Made by a program: the position numbers and the translations under genes. DNA of 54,465 bases, taken from contig JAFCGN010000003.1 in the NCBI GenBank assembly GCA_017608045.1, forward strand, positions 1 to 54,465, read 5' to 3'. The DNA is from Candidatus Parvarchaeota archaeon. GTDB taxonomy: Archaea; Nanobdellota; Nanobdellia; JAFCGN01. The notes under the pieces were generated by a model. That model did no database searches and had not been told where the DNA came from. It worked only from the letters and a program-made list of their open reading frames with translations. Position 1 is the first letter of the stretch. Each line of letters opens with the position of its first letter. Positions 1-10,446 of the stretch are shown here, one piece after another.

Positions 1-387
1 ATATGCTTCAGTATTTTTAGTATTAAAACCAAACACAAAATTTGGGTGTGTTGAGAAAAAACACAAAAACAAAATCAATGCTATCATTTTTTTATTTTCT
101 AATTTTACGAAAGGTCCTATTAAAAAACTAAGAGGCAACATTGCGTAAGCAATGGTTCTTACTGCATCTAATTGTTTTCTAAAAGGAACTAATACTGAAA
201 AGAATGCAAAGAGTATAAAAAAAGTAAGAATTTGAAAAAGAGTTTTTTTCTGAATTTTTTCTAATTCTTTTAAAAAATAAAAAAAAGAAAAGTATAAAGA
301 AAAAAAGTATTTTAAAGGAATTTCTTTAAAATAATAATTTGGAATTACTTTGAAGTTGAATAAGTATAAGATTATTAAAATTGAACT
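1..387 (-). pseudogene. C-terminal continuation (different frame, runs off window) of the 326..1384 membrane protein; frameshifted gene
   Basis: A minus-strand frame is open from 387 to 1 with no start codon. It encodes hydrophobic TM-like sequence (LIILYLFNFKVIPNYY...LDAVRTIAYAMLPLSFLIG...STHPNFVFG) and overlaps the end of ORF 326..1384. Confidence 0.7.
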
Positions 388-1384
388 TTATGTTTATCCT
401 ATTTATAACCTCGCACAATAAATAAAGAAGTAATAATCCAAAAATTAAACACATAAAAAAAATGATTTCATAAAATGGAATTAGATTTTTTAAATTCAAT
501 GCTTCTAACATTGCTTTAATGTTTTTAAACATGAAAGGATAAATTGTGTGAAACCAAAAAAAGTCAAGCGCGAACAGCAACGGAATTAAGTAAGACAAAA
601 AAAGAAAGTTTTTTTTCTTAACATCAGAATAAATAACAGGGATTATAAAGAAAAAACTAAAAATAAATGTTAAAGGATGAGTATTCATTAACAATACTCC
701 AAACAATAAAACAAGGAGTTTACTTAAGAGATTTTTTTTCAAAGCAAAATAAAACATTGAAACCATTAAAAATTCTGGAATGTTTGTTGAATGAGAATAA
801 ATATTATTGTAAAAACTTGCTATAATTCCAATGAATAAAACTGTTTTAAGACGTTCTTCCTCATTTAATTTGAATTCCTTTCCAATAAAATAAAATAACA
901 CAAGGATTAAAGGCCCGAATAAAATATTTCCAATCCATTTTTCAACAAAAAAAGCACTTAATCCTGTTAATTTGCAAATAATTGCTTCAACATAATAATG
1001 GAAAGGCCAACTCACGTGCGCGTTCTCAGGATGTTGCATTACTTGCAAAGGCACTTTTCCTGTTTTTAAAACAATGTCTATTATGTAAGCATTACTCCAC
1101 ACATTATTAGTGTAAAGATAAGGAGTTCTAAGCAAAGGATAACTCCTGATTAAGAAGCTTGTTAGAATTATAAAAAAAAGAGACAACCTATCTTTTTTAA
1201 TGATTAAATTAATCAAAGGAATGAACATGAAAAACATGCTTAAAAAAGAAAAATACTGCACCCAACTTATTCTTCTTGAAATTAGTAAATAAATAATGCT
1301 AAGTAAAAACAAGGAAATGAAGCTAAGACGATTTACTAAATTTTGTTTTGAGCATTTCATAAATATTTTCATATGTTTTAGCAT
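326..1384 (-). CDS. Multi-pass membrane protein, GT-C-like (5' part of frameshifted gene)
   Basis: Many TM segments, a 'SWPFHYY' loop and an 'NTHPLT' motif; located in the glycosylation cluster; premature stop at 326-328. Confidence 0.55.
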   Translation of the reverse strand: MLKHMKIFMKCSKQNLVNRLSFISLFLLSIIYLLISRRISWVQYFSFLSMFFMFIPLINLIIKKDRLSLFFIILTSFLIRSYPLLRTPYLYTNNVWSNAYIIDIVLKTGKVPLQVMQHPENAHVSWPFHYYVEAIICKLTGLSAFFVEKWIGNILFGPLILVLFYFIGKEFKLNEEERLKTVLFIGIIASFYNNIYSHSTNIPEFLMVSMFYFALKKNLLSKLLVLLFGVLLMNTHPLTFIFSFFFIIPVIYSDVKKKNFLFLSYLIPLLFALDFFWFHTIYPFMFKNIKAMLEALNLKNLIPFYEIIFFMCLIFGLLLLYLLCEVINRINIKFNFNNLILIQLQSNSKLLF

Positions 1385-2492
1385 GTTTCTTCCAAGAATA
1401 ATTTTTTGCTACTGTTTTATAAGCGTTTTCAGATATTTTTTTCCTTAATTTTTTTTCATTAATAATTTTCTTTATTGCTTCTTTCATTTCTTCAGCGTTT
1501 TCGCAAGAAACAAGCAAAGCGTTTTCTTCATTTTTCAGCACTTCTTTGATTTCAGGAAGATTATTGCTTATTATTGGTTTTTTAACAGCCATATATTCAA
1601 AAATTTTTAACGGACTGAACCCATAAGCTTGTCTAAAATAAGGAGCAATTAAGATATCTGCTTTGCTTAATTCAAGAGGCACTTTCTCATGCAATACCTC
1701 TTTTTTTATTCTAACATCTAATTTATTTTCCTTAATGAATTCTTTTAGGTTTTCATAAAGTTCAGGCCAAAAATCCAATCCTGATAAAATTAAAGTGCAT
1801 GAAACACTAACACCTTCTTTTTTCAGTAATTTCATTGCTTCCAAAATAGTATTTATATCATACCAAGCACCCATCGCGCCCATAAACAAGATTTCCGGGT
1901 TTTTTTTATTAAAAGGCTGTGGTCTTATTTTTGAAAACAATTTAATATCAACCCCGTTAGGATTAACAATTATCTTGTTTTTGTTTATCTTATACTCTTT
2001 TTTAATTTTTTCAGCAAGTGTTCTGCTAACAGGCACTAACACATCCGCTGTTTGAAACATTTTTTTAACCCATAATTTAAGAAAAGGTTTTAAAATTGTA
2101 AAAAAGTTTCTTGAACGCACGAACGCTTCAACCCAATCCCCGTCTATTTGAAGAATAACAGGCTTCTTGTGTTTTTTAATGAGTTTATGCAAAGTTCCAA
2201 CGCAGAACAAATCACCCCTATCATGTATTATATCGCATGTTTCATAATTTTCATTAATTTTTTTAAAACAATCTTTAAGCAATCTAATTCCTGATAGAAT
2301 ACCATATTTATCTCGCTTAACGCGAATGATTCTAACATTTTCTTTTTTAAAACTTCCTTGCACTATCCAATTTATCTCTATTTTTTTGCTTAAATTTTTA
2401 ACAATATTTATTTGGTGAATTGTGTTTCCTGCATTCACATTTAAGTTAACAAAAGGTGTTATCATTAAAACCTTAATCATTAAATAAATCAA
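1323..2492 (-). CDS. Glycosyltransferase family 4
   Basis: GT-B motifs 'NPNGVD' and 'FSPLKIFEYMAVKKPIISNN'; start probably MIKVLM. Confidence 0.9.
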   Translation of the reverse strand: MIYLMIKVLMITPFVNLNVNAGNTIHQINIVKNLSKKIEINWIVQGSFKKENVRIIRVKRDKYGILSGIRLLKDCFKKINENYETCDIIHDRGDLFCVGTLHKLIKKHKKPVILQIDGDWVEAFVRSRNFFTILKPFLKLWVKKMFQTADVLVPVSRTLAEKIKKEYKINKNKIIVNPNGVDIKLFSKIRPQPFNKKNPEILFMGAMGAWYDINTILEAMKLLKKEGVSVSCTLILSGLDFWPELYENLKEFIKENKLDVRIKKEVLHEKVPLELSKADILIAPYFRQAYGFSPLKIFEYMAVKKPIISNNLPEIKEVLKNEENALLVSCENAEEMKEAIKKIINEKKLRKKISENAYKTVAKNYSWKKHAKTYENIYEMLKTKFSKSS

Positions 2493-2554
2493 TAATTTAA
2501 GTAATTAAATTATTTTGCTTAAATTTAAAAAGAAAGGTTTTAGTATATTTTATA

Positions 2555-3649
2555 ATGGAAAAACACGAATTCGTTTTAACACTAACTATAATTTTATCCT
2601 TATCTGCAATAGCTCTTTTATTGCATACAAAAACACCTGTTTCTTATTCTGAATATTACATTGTGCCAAGCTCCTACAATAATTATGTGAATACACCTCA
2701 AAATTATTCTTTTGAGTATGTAATTAAAAATCATGAAGGAAAAAAAATGGATTATAACATAAAAGCAGTTTTTAACAATGAAACTTTTTATGAAAAAGAA
2801 ATTGAATTAAATAATAATACCACATTCACTGACACGCCTTTTCTTGAGATAAACTCTCTTCCAAAAAATTCAAGAATTTATTTGAACATAAACAATGGTG
2901 TTGAGAATAAATCATTATGGATAAACTTGTTCAACAAAATTAGTAAAATCAATGATTTTATTATAAAACCAAAAGAAAAGCTTATTATTGATGAAAAAAA
3001 ATTTATTAATTCAGAGATTAGTTTTAATATTGAAATCGCGGACAATGAAGTAAATAATTATTATTACAAAGTCTTAAATGAGGATTATGAAATTTTTAAA
3101 GAAAACTTGATTAAGAACAATCTTACTTCAAAAAATGAACTCACCATTAATTTCAAAAAAACAATTTTAGTTCCTTTAAATTCTTACAATAACTTCTCAG
3201 TTGAACTCTATAATAATGATAACTTGGTTGACAAAGTCTTAATGCCTGAAAATTATTTTGCATTAATTAAATTAGGAAGGATGAACATGCCAGAAACTGT
3301 TTTTAATGGAAGTATGTTAACTAATTTAACAAAGAACACAGTAAGCATAACCCTTATTAATAATAAGAATACTTCAGTTCTTTTTAATATCACTCTTGAA
3401 AGTGTTTCTAAAAAATGTGTTGCAAATGCAATGAGTTCTTGCAGTGCTGATTTCACTTTCTACAAAACAAATGAGACTTCATTTAAAGTTCCTTTAAAAA
3501 TAAGATTAATTGAAAATAAAACAATGAACCCTGTTTTTAACATAACAATGATAGAAGGATGCACTAACTTATCTTCAATTGGTTTAACAATAAAAGAAAG
3601 ATTATATGAATTAGATTTTTCAAAAACGAAAATTATTCTACGCAGTTAA
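2555..3649 (+). CDS. Membrane-anchored exported Asn-rich glycoprotein (DUF1616-like N-terminal domain)
   Basis: N-terminal TM helix, 'YSEYYIV...IKNHEGKKMDYNI' motif and numerous N-x-S/T sequons. Confidence 0.55.
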   Translation: MEKHEFVLTLTIILSLSAIALLLHTKTPVSYSEYYIVPSSYNNYVNTPQNYSFEYVIKNHEGKKMDYNIKAVFNNETFYEKEIELNNNTTFTDTPFLEINSLPKNSRIYLNINNGVENKSLWINLFNKISKINDFIIKPKEKLIIDEKKFINSEISFNIEIADNEVNNYYYKVLNEDYEIFKENLIKNNLTSKNELTINFKKTILVPLNSYNNFSVELYNNDNLVDKVLMPENYFALIKLGRMNMPETVFNGSMLTNLTKNTVSITLINNKNTSVLFNITLESVSKKCVANAMSSCSADFTFYKTNETSFKVPLKIRLIENKTMNPVFNITMIEGCTNLSSIGLTIKERLYELDFSKTKIILRS

Positions 3650-3694
3650 AAAAAATTACTAACTTTTTTAATTAATAATTAGTTTAAATTATGT

Positions 3695-5581
3695 ATGTCT
3701 GAAAATTCAAAAAATAAAAAAGAGTTTAACTACTTATTTTTGATTATCCTCTTAATTGCTTTTGCATTACGCTCATTTACTCTTTTTCAGCCATGGTTCT
3801 TGAATGCAAGCAGCGACCCCTTCTTTCATTACGCGTTTGCAAGAGAATACCTTAAAGACCATAACCTAACTTATTCCTTAGATGGTAACAGACCAATCAC
3901 TCAATTGCTTGGAATGTATTGGATTCCAATAATTCTGAGTTTCACTCCAGGAATCTCCTTGCTTTTCGCATTTAAATTAATCCCAATACTACTTGGTGTT
4001 TTAACAGTTTATCTCGCGTACAAATTACCTGAAAATAAGAAAGTAGCGGTTTATTTTTCTTCTTTGCTTGCTGTTTGCCTTCCATTCATTCATAGAACAA
4101 TAAGTGGGAATTACAGGGGGGAAATATATGTTATTGTCTTACTTCTTTACTCCTTGTTAATTTATAAAAAAATGCCAAAAACTTCCTTACTTGTTTCCTT
4201 ACTCTCCATGTTTTTTTGGAATGGCTATGTTTTCGTTTACCTTGTTTTCCTCTTAAACATTTTTATTATTTCAATAATCAAGTTTTTTGAAAAAAAAGAT
4301 TTCTCCCAAGATATTAAACATTTAATTTTATCAATATTCTCTTTTGAAGCACTTTACTTGATTTTAAGAAAAACAAAAATAATTTATTTAAAATCAATAC
4401 TCTTTGAACTAAACCAACCATTTTTTTATTTTGCATTCACACTCCCGCTTTTTTTAGTTTTATTAAAAAATGAAAAACTCTTGAAAAAGAAAAAAATTAT
4501 AATAACAATAAGTGTTAGTGCAGTTGTTCTTGGCTTTTTTATTTTAAAAACAAAATTAGAAGATTTACTCTCAATTATTTATGCAAACCAAGAATTTTAT
4601 AAGATAATAGGCGAGCTTAAAGAAATCACACTCCTAACTTTGTGGCAAAATTATTATTTGATTTTTCCATTAGCGTTAATAGGTCTTTTCTTTTATTTTA
4701 AAAATATTAAAAAAGAAAATTTGTTTTCATGGGTGCTTGCCTCTTTTTTTCTTTTATTCGCAGGAAACAGGTTTTTGTTTTTAACAAGCATACCTTTTTG
4801 CTATCTTGCAGGCTTAACACTAAGCAAAGTAGATATTAAAAAAGAATATGTTTTATTTTTAATTCTAACATTTCAAACAAGTGCTATACTCCCTGACCTG
4901 CTTCTTCATAAAGGACTTGCTAATGAATGGTTGAATGCATTAAATTGGATAAAAGGAAATACTCCTAAAAACTCTACTTTTTTTTGCGATTGGTCTTATG
5001 GAAGCAAAATACAAGCCGTTTCTCAAAGACAAACAATTACAGACAGTGTTCTTGGACAAAATGTAAAAGCAATTAAATCCTTTGCAAATTTTTCTATAAG
5101 CAATACGAACACGCTTAAAAAAATTGATTTTGATTACTTACTCTTAACAATTGATGATTTTTATCAATTCCCAAATTATTACCTTATGTTAAATAAAACT
5201 TTTCCAGGGTTTCAAGTGCTTAAAGAACCAAAAGAAACTGTTTTTAACAATTTTCCTGCAATAGAATATAACGGGGATTCTGGCAAGGTCATAATGATGC
5301 AAACGAAACCCTTGTTAGCAATATTTTTTTATAAAAATGCTGAATACATTAATAAAACAATTATTTATCAAAACGGGAATTATTCAGAATTCGTGTTGCC
5401 AAAAGAAGCGAATCCAATTCCCGGATGTTTTGTCTTACTTGATAATGGTGCTTTATTTTTAAGTCCAGAAGTATGCGATTCAAACTATGTGAAACTATTC
5501 TTCTTTGAAAACTCGCAAAATTGGTTGCCTTACGAACTTGTTTACAAAAATGATAAAATCAAAATTTTTGAGAAATTTTAA
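3695..5581 (+). CDS. STT3/AglB-like GT-C paralogue with degenerate WWDYG motif
   Basis: 'SSDPFFH', 'ISGNYRGE', a TM bundle, and 'ALNWIKGNTPKNSTFFCDWSYGSKIQ', which aligns to AglB 'AFEWIKNNTPQDAVFFHWWDYGYWIQ'. Confidence 0.75.
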   Translation: MSENSKNKKEFNYLFLIILLIAFALRSFTLFQPWFLNASSDPFFHYAFAREYLKDHNLTYSLDGNRPITQLLGMYWIPIILSFTPGISLLFAFKLIPILLGVLTVYLAYKLPENKKVAVYFSSLLAVCLPFIHRTISGNYRGEIYVIVLLLYSLLIYKKMPKTSLLVSLLSMFFWNGYVFVYLVFLLNIFIISIIKFFEKKDFSQDIKHLILSIFSFEALYLILRKTKIIYLKSILFELNQPFFYFAFTLPLFLVLLKNEKLLKKKKIIITISVSAVVLGFFILKTKLEDLLSIIYANQEFYKIIGELKEITLLTLWQNYYLIFPLALIGLFFYFKNIKKENLFSWVLASFFLLFAGNRFLFLTSIPFCYLAGLTLSKVDIKKEYVLFLILTFQTSAILPDLLLHKGLANEWLNALNWIKGNTPKNSTFFCDWSYGSKIQAVSQRQTITDSVLGQNVKAIKSFANFSISNTNTLKKIDFDYLLLTIDDFYQFPNYYLMLNKTFPGFQVLKEPKETVFNNFPAIEYNGDSGKVIMMQTKPLLAIFFYKNAEYINKTIIYQNGNYSEFVLPKEANPIPGCFVLLDNGALFLSPEVCDSNYVKLFFFENSQNWLPYELVYKNDKIKIFEKF

Positions 5582-6499
5582 TTAATTTTTAATTAAATAC
5601 ATCAAATATTTTTCAATTCCTTTTTCAGTATTGTTTTCAATCCTCCATCCAAGCCTCTTGAGTTTTGAATTATCAAGAAGAAAATTAGTTACATCTCCCT
5701 TCCATGTTTCTGTAAACTTGTAAACAGGGTTTACACCTAAAATTTTGCTTATTGTTTTTGCTATTCCTTTCACACTCATTTGTTCATCACTACCAACATT
5801 AAAATAATTGCACCCACTTACTTCTCCTTCAACCATTTTATAAAAAACAAGAATAAATGCTTTTACGCAATCATCAATGTAAACATAAGATTTTGATTGA
5901 TTCCCATCTCCTAAAATCTCAAGTTCTTTTTGGTTTTTTTTCAATTTATTATAAAAATCATAAATAACTCCTTTTTCATTTCCTGGACCATAAATATTTG
6001 CTAAAATAAGCGAGGAAATATTCATGTTATACATGTTAGCATAGGAATTCAAATACAAGTCAACAGAACCTTTGCTTGCACCATAAGGGCTTACAGGAAA
6101 TAGTTTGTCCTTTTCCCTGCAGTACCCGCGATTTCCATAAACAGTGCTTGAACTTGCAAACAATACGTACTTAATCTTATTTTTCCTGCATTCTTCGAGA
6201 ATGTTCAAACTCCCTACTACATTACTTTCAAAATTATCATAAGGATTTTTAACACTTTCAGACACACTTGTTTTTGCTGCTAAATGAAAAACTGCTTTGA
6301 ATTTTTCTTTTTTAAAAACTTCTTCTAAAAATTTTTTATCTAATAAGTCTCCCACAAAGTATTTTACTTTTTTATTCTCCCCTTTTTTTAAATCAATAAC
6401 ACTTACTCTATGATTTTTATCAACTAATGCATTAACTAAATGAGAACCAATAAACCCGCTTCCACCAGTAACTAAGATTTTCATTTTTTTCACTCCCAA
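5582..6499 (-). CDS. NAD-dependent epimerase/dehydratase (UDP-glucose 4-epimerase-like); likely start 6484
   Basis: 'VTGGSGFIG', 'SSSTVYG' and YxxxK 'YGASK'; SD GGAGTGA precedes ATG 6484. Confidence 0.9.
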   Translation of the reverse strand: MGVKKMKILVTGGSGFIGSHLVNALVDKNHRVSVIDLKKGENKKVKYFVGDLLDKKFLEEVFKKEKFKAVFHLAAKTSVSESVKNPYDNFESNVVGSLNILEECRKNKIKYVLFASSSTVYGNRGYCREKDKLFPVSPYGASKGSVDLYLNSYANMYNMNISSLILANIYGPGNEKGVIYDFYNKLKKNQKELEILGDGNQSKSYVYIDDCVKAFILVFYKMVEGEVSGCNYFNVGSDEQMSVKGIAKTISKILGVNPVYKFTETWKGDVTNFLLDNSKLKRLGWRIENNTEKGIEKYLMYLIKN

Positions 6500-7659
6500 T
6501 ACTTACTATTCATTAATTCTTCTTGTTCAATACCTAACAAGTCATTTCTAAGAATTAAGTCCTCAATAATGTTATCCCTTGTTTTTACAAAAGGCCATAT
6601 TTTTGAATTTTTAACTAATCTATTATTAACTTCACTCTTATAACCAATTATACTATTTTCAATTGTGCTATGTTTTTTAACTAAAACATTAGCATCTATT
6701 ACAGAATCCGAAATTTCACTATTATTTCCAATCTCAACATTTTCAAAAATTATTGAATTTTTAATAATACTATTATTCCCAATAACCGCTCCTTTCATTA
6801 CTTGCACATTCGGTCCAATAACGCTTCCTTTTTTAATTACAACGTTTTTATCAATTAATACTGGTGGTATCATAGTAATATTTGGGTAAAAAGGGAGTTG
6901 GTTGAAAATTTTTAAAGCATGTTCATTCACTTTTATATAATTTTTATGAGTTCCAATATCCCACCATCGTCCTTTAAATTCAAAAGCATTTAAATAAATT
7001 TTATCTGCAAAATACTGCCACATTTCCCCAAGATTATCTGGTTTTTCTCCTTTTCCTTTCTTATAACTTAAGTATTCCTCCAAATATTTACTAAAAAATT
7101 CCTTATTAATAGCATAAAACATTACGCTTGACAATTGTGATTTTGCTTCTTTCATTGAAGGTTTTTCTTGAAATTCAACAATTCTTCCATTTTTTACAAG
7201 AGCAACTCCTGTGTGAATTACCATCTCCTTATTTGGCAAAGCATATAATGCAAGAGTAACAAGTTTCCCGGATTTCTTATGCGCTTCCATGAATTCTTTA
7301 ACATTAAGTCCATCAAAAAAATTATCCCCTCCAATCACTAAATAGTCATCAACACCAATTTTGTCAACCACATATTTTAATCCACCAACAGCACCAAGTT
7401 TGTTTGAATCCTCTGTAGTTATTTCTTCTATATAAGTTATCTTTGCACCATGATTATTTCCATCTTTAAAAAAGTCCTTTACTTTTTTTTGCGTGGAATT
7501 CAAAGAAATAATAATGTCTTTAATTCCTGCTTTAACTAAACTCTCAATTATTCTTTCTAAATTACTTTTCCCTCCAATAGGTAAAAGACACTTTGGGGTT
7601 CTCAAACTAATTGGCTGCAATCTTGTAGCATAACCCCCAACCATTATTATTGCTTTCAT
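6490..7659 (-). CDS. Sugar-phosphate nucleotidyltransferase with C-terminal left-handed beta-helix (mannose-1-P guanylyltransferase-like)
   Basis: 'GGYATRLQP...PKCLLPIG', 'EFQEKP', 'WWDIG' and hexapeptide repeats. Confidence 0.85.
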   Translation of the reverse strand: MKAIIMVGGYATRLQPISLRTPKCLLPIGGKSNLERIIESLVKAGIKDIIISLNSTQKKVKDFFKDGNNHGAKITYIEEITTEDSNKLGAVGGLKYVVDKIGVDDYLVIGGDNFFDGLNVKEFMEAHKKSGKLVTLALYALPNKEMVIHTGVALVKNGRIVEFQEKPSMKEAKSQLSSVMFYAINKEFFSKYLEEYLSYKKGKGEKPDNLGEMWQYFADKIYLNAFEFKGRWWDIGTHKNYIKVNEHALKIFNQLPFYPNITMIPPVLIDKNVVIKKGSVIGPNVQVMKGAVIGNNSIIKNSIIFENVEIGNNSEISDSVIDANVLVKKHSTIENSIIGYKSEVNNRLVKNSKIWPFVKTRDNIIEDLILRNDLLGIEQEELMNSKYWE

Positions 7660-7676
7660 TTAAAACACCTAAAAAA

Positions 7677-8516
7677 TCATTCACTTAATCCTTTCCATTC
7701 TTTAATTGCTTTTTCATATCTTTCTTGAGAATCTGTACTAAACCATTGTCCTGCAAAGACATAACCACTAACTTTTCCTTCTTTCACTAATTTTGGAAAA
7801 ACATCCTTCTCAATACTGCTTTTATTTTCTGGAATTCTCTCAAGAATCTCTGGTTCGATTATGTAAACCCCTGCATTAATTAAATTGCTTGGTGCAGTAC
7901 CTTTTTTTGGTTTTTCAACAAAATCAATTATCTTGCTTCCTTTAAGCAAAACAACGCCATAAGAGTAAGGGTCTTCAACAGCTGTGAGTGCTATAGTAAT
8001 AGGCCTATTATTTTTTTTATGGCTTTCATACATTTCATCCAAGTCAAGGTCTATTAAATTATCTCCATTAATCATTATAAAAACATCATTAAACAAATGT
8101 TTTGCATTTCCTAATGCACCACCTGTCCCAAGAGGTTCTTGTTCTTCAACATAAGTTATGTTTACACCAAATCTTTTCCCATCTCCAAAGTATTCTCTTA
8201 TTTTATTACCTAAATATCCTATGCTGATTACAATATCCTTTATGCCATACTTTCTTAATTGTTCGATATGATATTGAAGTATGGGTTTTCCTTTAACTGG
8301 AATCATTGGTTTTGGAACTTCATAAGTGATTGGACGCAGTCTCGTTCCTTTGCCTCCTGCAAGAATAAATGCTTTTTTAAGTCTTTTAATTCCAAGAGCT
8401 TTTTTAAGCAGAAATTCTACTATGTGGCTTCTACTTCTGAATTTGTCGCCATCTATTTTTAAGTCAATCTTTCTAATTATATCTTCATCAATAGTTAATG
8501 AAATCCTCTCTTTCAA
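7677..8516 (-). CDS. Ribbon-helix-helix DNA-binding domain fused to sugar nucleotidyltransferase
   Basis: N-terminus 'MKERISLTIDEDIIRKID...RSRSHIVEFLLKKAL' is an RHH pattern, followed by 'ILAGGKGTRLRPITYEVPKPM'. TTG start with SD AGGTGG. Confidence 0.85.
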   Translation of the reverse strand: MKERISLTIDEDIIRKIDLKIDGDKFRSRSHIVEFLLKKALGIKRLKKAFILAGGKGTRLRPITYEVPKPMIPVKGKPILQYHIEQLRKYGIKDIVISIGYLGNKIREYFGDGKRFGVNITYVEEQEPLGTGGALGNAKHLFNDVFIMINGDNLIDLDLDEMYESHKKNNRPITIALTAVEDPYSYGVVLLKGSKIIDFVEKPKKGTAPSNLINAGVYIIEPEILERIPENKSSIEKDVFPKLVKEGKVSGYVFAGQWFSTDSQERYEKAIKEWKGLSE

Positions 8517-8647
8517 AAAATAACCACCTAATATTTATATTTGCTCTAATTTAATAATTGTTTGTATTGTTTATAAGTTTTTGTGAATTTGTTTAAAAAT
8601 TAATAAAAAACAAAATTTAAAACATAAAAATACTTTGAAAACATTAA

Positions 8648-10396
8648 ATGAACAGGGAAAAAGAACTTTTGGTTTTTGCGTTTTCTTATATTGTTTTTGT
8701 TTTCCTGAATTTGTTGATAACGCATTACGAGTTTTATTATGATGGTGCAAGAAATGAGAATGTGATGATTGAATTTGCAGAACACAATACATTAACTCTT
8801 TACGCTTTTCCTTACGTGAATAACCCTCCAATATACTTTATTTTAGGCGGGTTTATTATTAAACTTTTTGGAGAGAAACAAATTGTTTTCAAAATCATGG
8901 AATTAACTCTTTACTTTATTGCTGGTTTGCTCGTTTATTTATTTCTTTCAAAAAATAAAATAAAAAAAACACTTTCGTTTTTTGCTTTTTTTTTGTTTCT
9001 TACAGATGTTGCATTAATACACTTGCATAACATTGATTATGTGGGAATAATATGCTTGTTAACAATTCTTGCATTAATAACATATCATGATTTTAACAAA
9101 AAACCAACATTAAAAAATTCGATTATCTTCGGGATAGTTGGGGCTTTTTCATTCTTAACAAAAAGTTCTTTCTTGTTTGTTTTTCTGCCAATTTATTTTC
9201 ATGCGTTTTTCAATAATCTTAATAATCCAAAAAAATTGAAACTAATTTTTTTGTCAGGAATTATTCTTTCTTTAGGACAATTCCTTTGGGAATGTTATTT
9301 ATATGTAAATCATTTACCTTTAATCCCGAATCTTGCAGAATTAAGTGGGAATATTGAATGGAGTGTTAAGAAAACATTTAATCCTTTTAGCGCCTTTCTT
9401 TATTCAATTAAGAAATGGAATGTGTTATATATTCTTGCTTTATTGCTTGTTATCATAAAAAGAGATTACAAAAGTGTTCTTTCATATCTCCTTTTTTTAA
9501 CACCTTTATTAACAAGCATTGTTTTAAAAGTGTATCCTGAAGAATCAATGACTTCTATAATGGTTTTTTCAATAATTTACATATTTGAAAACTTTAATTT
9601 TAAAAAAAATATGAAAGCGTTTTTGTTTATTGTTTTTGTTTTATTCGTGTTCAGAGTATTCGCATTTGAGAAAAGTGATTTTGTTTTTTACAAAAACTCA
9701 ATAAGATATGAATGCCCTTATTTTGTTTTTGCAGAAAACCTGTCAGAACATGATGTTTTGCTTGATACCATTAATTATGCTTATTTAAATCTTTTAAGTC
9801 CAGCATATGTTGATTATAATTATTTGATTGAAAAAGAAATAACACCCTTACTTGCTCTTGACATAAATTATGTTTCTTTTTTTGAAAAAGAAAAACATCT
9901 TATAGAAGACCCTATTTCTGTTTCCTTTGGCATTATTTATCCTGAAAATTATTTTAAACAATTAAAAAAATTTAATTGTTTTTGCAACAAAACTAATAAA
10001 ACAATTTATGTTTATTCTTTTAACTCAACTTCTTTTTATTCAGATTTAGGGATTAAATACTATTTTGATGTTAAAATAAATAATTTCAAAAAAAACATAA
10101 ATTCTCAATCTTTGATTCGTGTGACAGGAAACAATTTTACAGCAACTTATTTTACAAACAAGATTGGAGAAAAAAGAATTTTTGTAAATAAACCTGGCGT
10201 TTATCATTTAACCATAATAAAAACAGGGTATAAAGTAGGGGAATACAATGTTTTTGTCCCTATCAGTGGATATGCTAAAATAATAGTTTCTAATGAACTA
10301 AAAAATCCTGAGAATATTACACTTTCTAACATTATTGAAATAAATTTAACAAAAGGAAATGCTTTTTTTCATAATGTTTCTGAATTAAGATATTAA
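8648..10396 (+). CDS. GT-C glycosyltransferase (ArnT/PMT-like)
   Basis: External-loop Asp 'YYDGA', 'NNPPIYF', 'LTKSS', about 11 TM helices and a C-terminal extracellular domain. Confidence 0.7.
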   Translation: MNREKELLVFAFSYIVFVFLNLLITHYEFYYDGARNENVMIEFAEHNTLTLYAFPYVNNPPIYFILGGFIIKLFGEKQIVFKIMELTLYFIAGLLVYLFLSKNKIKKTLSFFAFFLFLTDVALIHLHNIDYVGIICLLTILALITYHDFNKKPTLKNSIIFGIVGAFSFLTKSSFLFVFLPIYFHAFFNNLNNPKKLKLIFLSGIILSLGQFLWECYLYVNHLPLIPNLAELSGNIEWSVKKTFNPFSAFLYSIKKWNVLYILALLLVIIKRDYKSVLSYLLFLTPLLTSIVLKVYPEESMTSIMVFSIIYIFENFNFKKNMKAFLFIVFVLFVFRVFAFEKSDFVFYKNSIRYECPYFVFAENLSEHDVLLDTINYAYLNLLSPAYVDYNYLIEKEITPLLALDINYVSFFEKEKHLIEDPISVSFGIIYPENYFKQLKKFNCFCNKTNKTIYVYSFNSTSFYSDLGIKYYFDVKINNFKKNINSQSLIRVTGNNFTATYFTNKIGEKRIFVNKPGVYHLTIIKTGYKVGEYNVFVPISGYAKIIVSNELKNPENITLSNIIEINLTKGNAFFHNVSELRY

Positions 10397-10446
10397 AACA
10401 ACTTTTATAAAAAAACTTTAAAACTAATTGTTTTTATCTTAATACT

